A DNA stretch of 64,000 bases from Macrostomum lignano. Taxonomy: Eukaryota. Where the stretch lies: positions 99,142 through 163,141 of the forward strand of contig NIVC01000857.1 in the NCBI GenBank assembly GCA_002269645.1, read 5' to 3'. The notes beneath the pieces are model-generated. The model worked only from the letters and a program-made list of their open reading frames with translations. It did no database searches and was not told the origin of the DNA. Below are positions 44,158 to 53,669 of this stretch, one piece after another (position 1 is the stretch's first letter; every line of letters begins with the position of its first letter). The position numbers and the translations under genes were made by a program.

Positions 44158-44886
44158 GAAGAGTCACTCCCAGTCCAGATCAGAGTCACTCCCAGTCCAG
44201 ATCAGAGTCACTCCCAATCCAGATCAGAGTCACTCCCAGTCCAGATCAGAGTCACTCCCAGTCCAGATCAGAGTCACTCCCAATCCAGATCAGAGTCACT
44301 CCCAGTCCAGATCAGTCACTCCCAGTCCAGATCAGAGTCACTCCCAGTCCAGATCAGAGTCACTCCCATTCCAGATCAGAGTCACTCCCAGTCCAGATCA
44401 GAGTCACTTCCAGTCCAGATCAAAGTCACTCCCAGTCCAGATCAGAGTCACTCCCAATCCAGATCAGAGTCACTCCCAATGCAGATCAGAGTCACTCCCA
44501 ATCCAGATCAGAGTCACTCCCAATCCAGATCAGAGTCACTCCCAGTCCAGATCAGAGTCACTCCCAGTCCAGATCAGAGTCACTCCATGTCCAGATCAGA
44601 ATCACTCCCAGTCCAGATCAGAGTCACTCCATGTCCAGATCAGAGTCACTCCCAGTCCAGATCAGAGTCACTCCTAGTCCAGATCAGAGTCACTTCATGT
44701 CCAGATCAGAGTCACTCCCAGTCCAGATCAGAGTCACTCCATGTCCAGATCAGAGTCACTCCCAGTCCAGATCAGAATTACTCCCAGTCCAGATCAGAGT
44801 CACTCCATGTCCAGATCAGAGTCACTCCCAGTCCAGATCAGAGTCACTCCCAGTCCAGCTCAGAGTCACTCCCAGTCCAGATCAGA
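44158..44886. repeat. 22-bp minisatellite (CAGTCCAGATCAGAGTCACTCC)n
   Basis: About 33 copies between MRPL49 and UMPS. Confidence 0.95.
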
Positions 44887-45597
44887 GCCGCTGCAGGCAT
44901 CAGATAAAAATCACACCTAAGGCATCTGAATTGGTGCAAAATATGCGCCAACAGAGGCCATTGCAGCAGCAATTTTATTTGAAAACAACACACAAAAGTG
45001 CAGCCACAACAGACAGCCATGCCACGGCATTCCCAAAGTTTTCCAACCCTGCCAGATAACTCAAGGGTGAAGGAAGCTGGAGGAGACGCAGGGATGAAAA
45101 TAAACTACAGGCAAGGGAAAGATGAAGGCTGGCTGCTGGGTGGCGGAATCCTGGCGCTACTCTCGAGTCCTCAGAGCAGTGCAGCAACCCCTGCCCAGCC
45201 TATCAAGCATGCAAATGAAAGCAACGACAAGAGCCGGCAATATTCGCATAATTAATAATTTATTAATGAGAAACGGATACGCAAGCAGAGGAGCAATGGT
45301 GCTCTCTGTGTGTAAATTACGAATGCACAGTCTCCGCGACTCCTGGGACAGCAAGGCGCGCTCACAACATGCAGAGAACATTGCTGTATGATGCTCAATT
45401 CAAGCTGCCGGGGCGCCCACTGGCGCTGACAAGCCAATTCAACTAGTTGGAAAAACTGCCGCTGAAAATAAAACCTCACCATCTACTTACAAGTAGCGAA
45501 TAAGCATTTTAACAAAATAAGGAACGCCTAAAATTGTAAAAAACGCTGCGATTTGTACTAAGCAGAGTACCCCATTACTAAGAAGTGAAGGCATGGC

Positions 45598-45990
45598 GGG
45601 TCAAGATGAAGATCTGGGAGGCTGGCTATGAGGATATAGGATGCTGGCTGCTTAGCCTGAGGATCTGGGAGGCTGGCTGCTCAGCCTGAGGATCTGGGAG
45701 GCTGGCTGCTCAGTCTGAGGATCTGGGAGGCTGGCTGCTCAGCCTGAGGATCTGGGAGGCTGGCTGCTCAGCCTGAGGATCTGGGAGGCTGGCTGCTCAG
45801 CCTGAGGATCTGGGAGGCTGGCTGCTCAGCCTGAGGATCTGAGAGGCTGGCTGCTCAGTCTGAGGATCTGGGAGGCTGGCTGCTCAGCCTGAGGATCTGG
45901 GAGGCTGGCTGCTCAGCCTGAGGATCTGGGAGGCTGGCTGCTCAGCCTGAGGATCTGGGAGGCTGGCTGCTCAGCCTGAGGATCTGGGAG
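45598..45990. repeat. 29-bp minisatellite (GATCTGGGAGGCTGGCTGCTCAGCCTGAG)n just 3' of MRPL49
   Basis: About 13 copies; same family and same 26-nt head as 49645-50170. Confidence 0.93.
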
Positions 45991-46043
45991 TTTAGCACAT
46001 GAAGCCACAGTTAGGATGACGGCAGCAGAACAATTCCAGTCCC

Positions 46044-46688
46044 TCAGAAGCCGCAGTCCATCAGGAACTTGGCCACCCGCTGCTCGTGCTGGCCGACAAT
46101 TCTGATGGTGCCGGACACGTCGTCAACCTGGACGAACAGCGGGCCGTCGTTGTCCGGCTCGAGCAGGCGGCGCAGGTCGTGGGCCAGGGCGGCGGTGTCA
46201 CCTTGGATCCGCTTGACGATGGTCATGCGGCGGGTGCCGGGCACGTTCTCGGTGCGCCGCCTGTCCGTCTCCGCGTAGTAGATGGGCAGCATGTGGTTGC
46301 GGGTCCGCAGCACCGCGTAGGGACGGCCGGTCCGGCCGGCCAGAGCGTCCGGCGAGGGTGGCGACCAGCCGGACGGCGTCGGGTAGGAGGCGTGGCGCGG
46401 CGGCTCTGGCACGGTGTCGGCCGCCAGCAGCGGGGTTACAAAAGCTTCGAAGTCCTCGGAGCTGGCCTCGAATTCGACTGGAACGGAGCGGGCGGGGCCG
46501 AACTGCTGCTGCTCGCCCAGCTGCTGCAGGTCCTCAACCCAGGGATTCTTCACGCTGGGAAAGTTGGGGAACAGGCCGATGGGATTCTGGCCGATGTGCG
46601 CCATCCGGCGGGGCGGCGGCTGCTGGCTGGCGGCGCAGCCCGCCCGGTGCAGCTGGCGGAGCAGAGCGGCGGAGGCCCGACGCAGCAT
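46044..46688 (-). CDS. MRPL49: Mitochondrial ribosomal protein L49 (Img2 family), single coding exon
   Basis: Arg/Ala-rich transit-peptide-like N-terminus; C-terminal YAVLRTRNHMLPIY...MTIVKRIQGDTAALAHDLRRLL...VDDVSGTIRIVGQHEQRVAKFLMDCGF. Confidence 0.85.
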   Translation of the reverse strand: MLRRASAALLRQLHRAGCAASQQPPPRRMAHIGQNPIGLFPNFPSVKNPWVEDLQQLGEQQQFGPARSVPVEFEASSEDFEAFVTPLLAADTVPEPPRHASYPTPSGWSPPSPDALAGRTGRPYAVLRTRNHMLPIYYAETDRRRTENVPGTRRMTIVKRIQGDTAALAHDLRRLLEPDNDGPLFVQVDDVSGTIRIVGQHEQRVAKFLMDCGF

Positions 46689-47079
46689 TGACGACAGGAA
46701 CTGTAAGAAATACAACATTGCGGTTGATATGCGCACGTGCTACTCACAAATGCTGGTCGGGTAAGTAGTATGGAAAGAAAACGTAAATTCATTCTAGTGC
46801 TTTATAAACAAAAATACGCAAGACAAACACAGATAAAGTTGGAGACAAATTTCCTTGTTAAAACATTTGCACACAGATAAGGCTAGCAAGTTATTTATTT
46901 TGTCCGCAATTTTATATCAAATAATATTAATGCAATTATTCTACTGCAGTTGAAGCAAGGCAGTCCTGGGAAATTTACATACTGCAATCTCCTTCAGGGA
47001 TACCTCGCCTGTACTTTTCATCACACGAGCAATCAATCTGGCAGGCGAGAAATGCACTTCTTTACTTTGCTTAAGCAAT

Positions 47080-47360
47080 CTCAACCGACCAATCAGAACC
47101 CCTTTGCAACCGACCAATCAGAACCCTTTTGCAACCGACCAATCAGAACCCCTTTGCAACCGACCAATCAGAAGCAATCTACTCATACATAGACAAACAA
47201 GTAATCAGAAGCCATTTACAACCGACCAATCAGAAGCCATCTACAACCGACCAATCAGAAGCCATCTACAACCGACCAATCAGAAGCCATCTACAACTGA
47301 CCGATCAGAAGCCATCTACAACTGACCGATCAGAAGCTATCTACAAACCAACCAATCAGA
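47080..47360. repeat. About 25-bp tandem array carrying 8 GACCAATCAG/AACCAATCAG (CCAAT-box) motifs
   Basis: CAACCGACCAATCAGAA(C/G)CC.... units, plus CCGAT and GTAAT variants. Confidence 0.9.
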
Positions 47361-47386
47361 GCCCTCAAAACGCAGTAAAAAAGAAG

Positions 47387-49000
47387 TCAAAACCGCCAAA
47401 AGCCAAACTGATGATGTTGTCCAGAATCCCTAGCCGAGTCCTGCTTGGCCCGCTCCCGCTCGCTGTCCGGAGTCCTGCTGATCAGCATGAGCACGAACAC
47501 GATAGGCAGGTTGACCAAGGTGAATTTGAACAGCCTGCGACCGCTGTTGCTGTCGCCGCGCCAGTAGAAGGCGGCGGCAAAGTACAGCAGCGCCAGGTTG
47601 AACGGCAGAGTGTCCACCAGGAAAAACCAGGAGGTGACTCCGCTGAGGGGCAGGCAGTAGCACACGGCGGAGAACATGATGGAGTTGGCCATGGCGGAGC
47701 GGCGGCAGCGGGCGGGCTGCAGTACGGAGGCCATGCAGTAGCCCGCCCGGCTGTAGTCGTCCCGCAGCGACCAGCTAAGCGCGTGGAAATGCGGGAACTG
47801 CCAGTGAAACATCAGCAGGCCCAGCAGGAGGGCGCCGACGTCAAGGGAGCCGCCGGTGGCAGAGCTCCAGCCAATCAGCGGCGGTAGGGCGCCAACCACG
47901 GCGCCGATGGCGGTGTTGGCGACTGTGCGCCGCTTGGCGGGCGTGTAGGCGGCGCAGTACAGCAGGTGGTTCGCTGCCGCGATGCCGGCGCTGACGGGGC
48001 TCGCCAGGCTGGCCAGCAGGGCGACGCCGCCGATTCCGCTGACTGCGGCGAAGCTGGCGGCGGTGGCCGGCGACACGCGGCCGGTGACGAGCGGGCGGGC
48101 GCGGGTGCGGCTCATCTGGGCATCGTAGGGCATCTCCAGCAGCTGGTTGACGGAGTTGGCGCTGGCCGATACGGCGGCGGTGCCGGCCAAGCAGGCGGCG
48201 AGGGTCAGCGGGTCCACAGGCCCAGGCGCCATGGCGTAGCCGGCGGCCGCGGTGGCCACCACGAGCAGCGTGAGGCGGGACTTGGCCAAGGCCAGGTAGG
48301 CACCGGGGCTCGCCAAGTCCCGGTCAACCGTCAGCCACTGGTGCTTAAGCGGCTGGCGTTGCGCCTGGTCGGTGAGGCCGGCGGCCGGGTCGGACAGGGG
48401 GAACGGGGCGGCTCGCCCTGCTGCAGCGGACGGAGCAGCCAATGGCGGATGGGACTTTGGCCGCTGGATCGGCTCTGGCGATGAAGCCGGCGCCGGCTTA
48501 GCCTTCGGTCTGGCTGCGGGCGGGGGCGGTGGGGGAGTGAGCTGAAGGCTGCGGACGCTGCCGCAAATCAAGGCGACAGGCGGTCTGGGGCCAGCGAGGC
48601 CCTGACTTTTGAGCACGAACTCAGAGGCCCTGACCTTTGAGCACGAACTCAGAGGCCCTGACCTTTGAGCACGAACTCAGAGGCCCTGACCTTTGAGCAC
48701 GAACTCGGATATCTTTAGGAATGCGCCCAATCCCTGCCTTGGGATTATCCAAAGCTATATCCAATGTGTGCCCACTTGACATTGTCTTGACATTCGAACA
48801 CGGGAGTAAGGCGTATTGCTACCGTTAAGCTGCTCTGTCCCCTGAGCCACAGGTATTAAGGGGGGCAGGGGCCGGCACTCACCAGTGGACAGGAGCCGCA
48901 CAGAGCGGCAGCAGAGCAGACAGCGGACCGGAGCTGCACCGCTCACTGCGCCGCCGACTGCAAGCTGGGCCAAGGCGAGCGGCTTCAGTCTGGAAATCAT
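47387..49000 (-). CDS. COX10: Protoheme IX farnesyltransferase (heme O synthase); exons 49000-48883 and 48513-47387
   Basis: YLALAKSRLT.LVV.TAAAGY, SANSVNQLLE..YDAQMSRTRARPLVTG, YTPAKRRT.ANTAIGAVVGALPPLIGW, WQFPHFHAL, DDYSRAGY.M. Transit-peptide-like exon 1 with donor CTG|GTGAGT in phase 1 joins acceptor cccgcag| at 48513. Confidence 0.93.
48603..48708. repeat. 28-bp tandem repeat, about 4 copies, in the COX10 intron
   Basis: GAGCACGAACTCAGAGGCCCTGACCTTT repeated. Confidence 0.9.
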
Positions 49001-49644
49001 CGCTTTTATACTACTGACTAGGAGTCATCGTTAGTAGTACGATAACAATCATGCAAATGAATAAAATGGACAAAGTAAATATGCTAAAATATTCAATTTT
49101 TTAAATATGAAGATGAAGCTTAAGAAACTGATCTTATCGCGTATATATGGCAGCTTTAAGATCCTAGCATCAATTAGGAAATAAAAATTACAAAGCGTGA
49201 TTATTGATCAGCTCGAATGCACTCTTGTCGCTTATAAAAACAAAACCAGCAAAATGAACTGTATATTTACCTGTACGTACTAAAAGACCAAAAAAGCGAA
49301 GATGAAAAATAAAGAAAAATGACTGGTGCAATGCAGTGTAGTCATACTGTATTCACAGCTACAGTACCCTCGGGCATAGAATGGAAGCAGGTGAGTTCAA
49401 TAAATCACGAATGTACAACAAATTCATTAAATAAACGCAGAGGATTAAATTGCGTAGAGCGTACAGAGATGCGGGGTGCAAAAACAAAATGAACAAGAGC
49501 AAGCACAATGCATCACAGAAATTGAAATTAATTACTGCAACGATTAATTAACTCAGAGGGTGCCTGAAACCTGACAGATTTTAGGCACCCTCTGATGAGC
49601 AATCAGCGATCACCTTACAGGTGCAGCTCTAGTCTATAATAAAA

Positions 49645-50170
49645 GGGTCAAGATGAAGATCTGGGAGGCTCAGTCTGAGGATCTGGGAGGCTCAGTCTGA
49701 GGATCTGGGAGTCTGGCTGCTCAGCCTGAGGATCTGGGAGGCTGGCTGCTCAGCCTGAGGATCTGGGAGGCTGGCTGCTCAGCCTGAGGATCTGGGAGTC
49801 TGGCTGCTCAGCCTGAGGATTTGGGAGGCTGGCTGGTCAGCTTGAGGATCTGGGAGATCTGGGAGCTGGCTGCTTAGCATGAAGATCTGGGAGGCTGGCT
49901 GGTCAGCTTGAGGATCTGGGAGCTGGCTGCTTAGCATGAAGATCTGGGAGGCTGGCTGGTCAGCTTGAGGATCTGGGAGCTGGCTGCTTAGCATGAGGAT
50001 CTGGGAGGCTGGCTGCTCAGCTTGAGGATCTGGGAGCTGGCTGCTTAGCATGAAGATCTGGGAGGCTGGCTGGTCAGCTTGAGGATCTGGGAGCTGGCTG
50101 CTTAGCATGAGGATCTGGGAGGCTGGCTGGTCTGGGAGATCTGGGAGCTGGCTGCTCATCATGAGGATCC
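49645..50170. repeat. GATCTGGGAGGCTGGCTG-family minisatellite just 3' of the USP gene
   Basis: Starts GGGTCAAGATGAAGATCTGGGAGGCT, as at 45598; 20-29-bp units with a dimeric higher order. Confidence 0.93.
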
Positions 50171-50258
50171 CTAAGCGCAGCAACTGAGAACCAAAAGTGC
50201 CTAACAACGAGGACCACAGGAGTGCAACACAGAGCAGAGCCGCCAGAAGCCTGCAAAA

Positions 50259-50789
50259 TCAGCCGGCGGGCTGCTGGCCGTTCTGCAGCGGCACAATCAG
50301 CACGGGCACACGGCAATGCGAGATGACGTAATTGCTGACGGAGCCCAGCAGGGTTCGCCTGACGTTGCCGAGGCCGCGGATGCCGACCACCACCAGGGCG
50401 GCTTTCTCTGCCTCGGCCGCGGCAACGATGGCGGCGCCGGGGTTCAGCGATTCGACAAACCGGAAGCGGCAGCGCACAGCCAGGCTGTCGCAGCGGGCGA
50501 GCATCGCCTGGCGCAGGCGGGCCACCCGCATCCGCGTGTCCTCCAGCGCCAGGTCCACGTCCGCGGCGGACGGCACAACGGCCGTGGGGGCGCCAAAGCA
50601 CAGCGACAGGCCGGCCGCATGCAGCAGGACGATGTCAACGTCCGGACGACCATGGAACCACTCCAGCGCCTGCTGGCTGTGCAGAGAGCCGTCAACGGCC
50701 ACCAGCACCGACTGGGGCGACGCGGTTGGCGCCGACGAAGTCTCAGCAGCTGACTGCTGCTGCCGCTGGGTAGAAGCCAAACTGCCCAT
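50259..50789 (-). CDS. Universal stress protein A-family protein, single coding exon
   Basis: VLVAVDGSLHSQQALEW, IVLLH, PGAAIVAAAEAEKAALVVVGIRGLGNVRRTLLGSVSNYVISHCRVPVLIVP. The G-2x-G-9x-GS ATP-binding motif is intact. Confidence 0.92.
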   Translation of the reverse strand: MGSLASTQRQQQSAAETSSAPTASPQSVLVAVDGSLHSQQALEWFHGRPDVDIVLLHAAGLSLCFGAPTAVVPSAADVDLALEDTRMRVARLRQAMLARCDSLAVRCRFRFVESLNPGAAIVAAAEAEKAALVVVGIRGLGNVRRTLLGSVSNYVISHCRVPVLIVPLQNGQQPAG

Positions 50790-50934
50790 TGTGAAAAACT
50801 TGCTGGCTTGCTTGCTTAGGCCGGCTTGCTGGAAGGGTCGCAGAAGCAATTCGATTGTCTGCTTGGACAGGTAATTTAGAAATAGATAGATAAGCGGCTG
50901 TTTGAGGACAGGTGAGTGACTCATTAAGAAGAGC

Positions 50935-51405
50935 TGCAGTGGACAGGGTGGACAGCTGCAGTGGACAGAGTGAACAGGTGCAGTGGACAGAGTGAACAGG
51001 TGCAGTGGACAGAGTGAACAGGTGCAGTGGACAGAGTGAACAGGTGCAGTGGACAGAGTGAACAGGTGCAGTGGACAGAGTGAACAGGTGCAGTGGGCAG
51101 AGTGAACAGGTGCAGTGGACAGAGTGAACAGGTGCAGTGGACAGAGTGAACAGGTGCAGTGGACAGAGTGAACAGGTGCAGTGGACAGAGTGAACAGGTG
51201 CAGTGGACAGAGTGAACAGGTGCAGTGGGCAGAGTGAACAGGTGCAGTGGACAGAGTGAACAGGTGCAGTGGACAGAGTGAACAGGTGCAGTGGACAGAG
51301 TGAACAGGTGCAGTGGACAGAGTGAACAGGTGCAGTGGGCAGAGTGAACAGGTGCAGTGGACAGAGTGAACAGCTGCAGTGGGCAGAGTGAACAGGTGCA
51401 GTGGA
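50935..51405. repeat. 22-bp minisatellite (GACAGAGTGAACAGGTGCAGTG)n upstream of USP
   Basis: About 21 copies. Confidence 0.95.
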
Positions 51406-52007
51406 TTCGAGTCCCAGACTGAATAACAAACAAAAGCAGGATGAAAATAACAAAGAAGCCGAATACCAAATCGTGTAACGCACAGGATTGCTGAGCACCC
51501 AAAGCCGGTTGTATTTTTCCCTACTAAAGGCGGGCACCACGCGTTGAGCCGCTATAACTCGGCAATCGGGCGAGATTAGTCCAAGGGATTTCAGACAGAC
51601 ACTAGCAAAGCGGAAAGCAATTTGGGGTCGGGTTGGTAAGAGCTGATCGCAGAATTAATCGATAAAATTAATATATAAAATGAGCACCAGTGTGAAGCGG
51701 GGGTTCCGCAGTCTGATTCTGTGATAGTCATTAGCAAGTAGAAACCGAATGAAAGCAGTTCTCATTGATTTATTTAAAACGCAAAAAATACGTGAGCAAA
51801 ATAATTTTAATAAAATTTGTTGCTAATTTCTGCTCAAGAAAAGATCTGCAGTAGCAAAAGGCAATCAGTCGGATAAAAGGCTAAAACTTGTGTTAAAAAA
51901 GCAGTTAGAATTCCAGTTAATTTTCAACAACTATTAGTTCAGGCAGACGGCAGCACCAGTGCGAACTGAGTCAATGATTATGGGTGGAAATCTGTTGCAT
52001 TATTTGT

Positions 52008-52165
52008 CACCGGCTACTGGGAGTAGCAACATTGGGACAGTCTGCCCCAGCTGTCATATTTGCCACCGGCTACTGGCAGTAGCAACATTGGGACAGTCTG
52101 CCCCAGCTGTCATATTTGCCACCGGCTACTGGCAGTAGCAACATTGGGCAGTCTGCCCCAGCTGA
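52008..52165. repeat. About 58-bp repeat, 2.7 copies
   Basis: CACCGGCTACTGG(G/C)AGTAGCAACATTGGGACAGTCTGCCCCAGCTG repeated. Confidence 0.85.
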
Positions 52166-52704
52166 CAGCCGAGAGAAACCTGGAGGCTCATTAGCATATT
52201 GTCAGAATCAGTGAGGTGAATAAGCGCCAATTTGCATAATTAATGAGCACTTTAAACAGCGGGTGCGGGTTGGTTAGGATCGGAAGCACAATGATTCCGT
52301 CAGTATGTACACGGTTTCATATAGATAAATAAGGATATTGAAAAGGGTTCTATGTACTCGAATCACGCACAATTTACACTTGATAGACAATGCGTTCTGT
52401 GCACAATAAATATAGCTGGGGAGACAACGCTCTCCAGCCGCAGGTGGTTTGAAGCTCATTCAGGGGAAGCTGAGATTTTTTGTTATCCACAAGCAGGCAA
52501 AGAAAGCAAACAGGATATGGGGCGGCAGCGCTGCGGCTGAAGCCCGGATAACAAAAGGGGAGAAGCGCAGTGCACTGCGACTCCAATGCGTGAATAAAAT
52601 ATCAATTCTGCCGAGCGACCCGGCAGGTACAAAGACTAACAAAATCAATCAGATTTCATCTCTCAGGTACCAAGACTACCCAAGAATGCACGCGCCTGAC
52701 TCTT

Positions 52705-53306
52705 GCAAGGCACTGAGTGTACATGCCTGACCCTGGGTGAGCGTGCGTACGAGTGGTGCAAGGCACTGAGTGTACATGCCTGACCCTGGGTGAGCGTGTG
52801 TACTAGTGGCGCAAGGCACTGAGTGTACATGCCTGACCCTGGGTGAGCGTGTGTACTAGTGGCGCAAGGCACACTAGTGGTGCAAGGCACTGAGTGTACA
52901 TGCCTGACCCTGGGTGAGCGTGTGTACTAGTGGCGCAAGGCACTGAGTGTACATGCCTGACCCTGGGTGAGCGTGTGTACTAGTGGTGCAAGGCACTGAG
53001 TGTACATGCCTGACCCTGGGTGAGCGTGTGTACTAGTGGTGCAAGGCACTGAGTGTACATGCCTGACCCTGGGTGAGCGTGTGTACTAGTGGCGCAAGGC
53101 ACTAAGTGTACATGCCTGACCCTGGGTGAGCGTGCGTACGAGTGGTGCAAGGCACTGAGTGTACATGCCTGACCCTGGGTGAGCGTGTGTACTAGTGGCG
53201 CAAGGCACTAAGTGTACATGCCTCACCCTGGGTGAGCGTGTGTACGAGTGGTGCAAGGCACTGAGTGTACATGCCTGACCCTGGGTGAGCGTGTGTACGA
53301 GTGGTG
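52705..53306. repeat. 53-bp minisatellite between FAK and USP
   Basis: AGGCACTGAGTGTACATGCCTGACCCTGGGTGAGCGTGTGTACTAGTGG(C/T)GCA, about 11 copies. Confidence 0.95.
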
Positions 53307-53669
53307 CCCGACGAAAACGGTCACGTGAGTTAGAGAATCATTAAAGAGCCGCGAAGGAGTCATCTGCTTTTCTATTGCACCTTTGTTACCTTCAACGACC
53401 GACTCTGGGGTGACGCTTGTGACGCAACAGTCACCCCTCCGTCCCATCAGACGCGTTTGAGTCGCTAAAAAGTCACAAGAGTCGCTAGAGACTCGTTTTC
53501 AACGACTGTTTAGCGATTCTTGTCCCAATATCGTTTTTAACGGGTGCCCAAATCCTTTCTTATTTTAAGACCGCCCCACCTACTAAATTAATCCTTCAGG
53601 TACAAAGACACCTAACCAGGTCCAACAGCCCAATAATCAAAAAAAGATTTCAGCCTCAATGCCAGAGCG

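Noticed and set aside
48514-48616. COX10 start at GTG 48616, as given by the ORF track
   Set aside because: It lies in an intronic 28-bp repeat; an upstream ATG exon with a transit-peptide-like sequence splices in phase to 48513.
50259-50789. Bacterial contamination or recent HGT of the USP gene
   Set aside because: It is embedded among intron-containing eukaryotic genes, with matching GC content and flanking arrays, and USPs are native to several invertebrate phyla.
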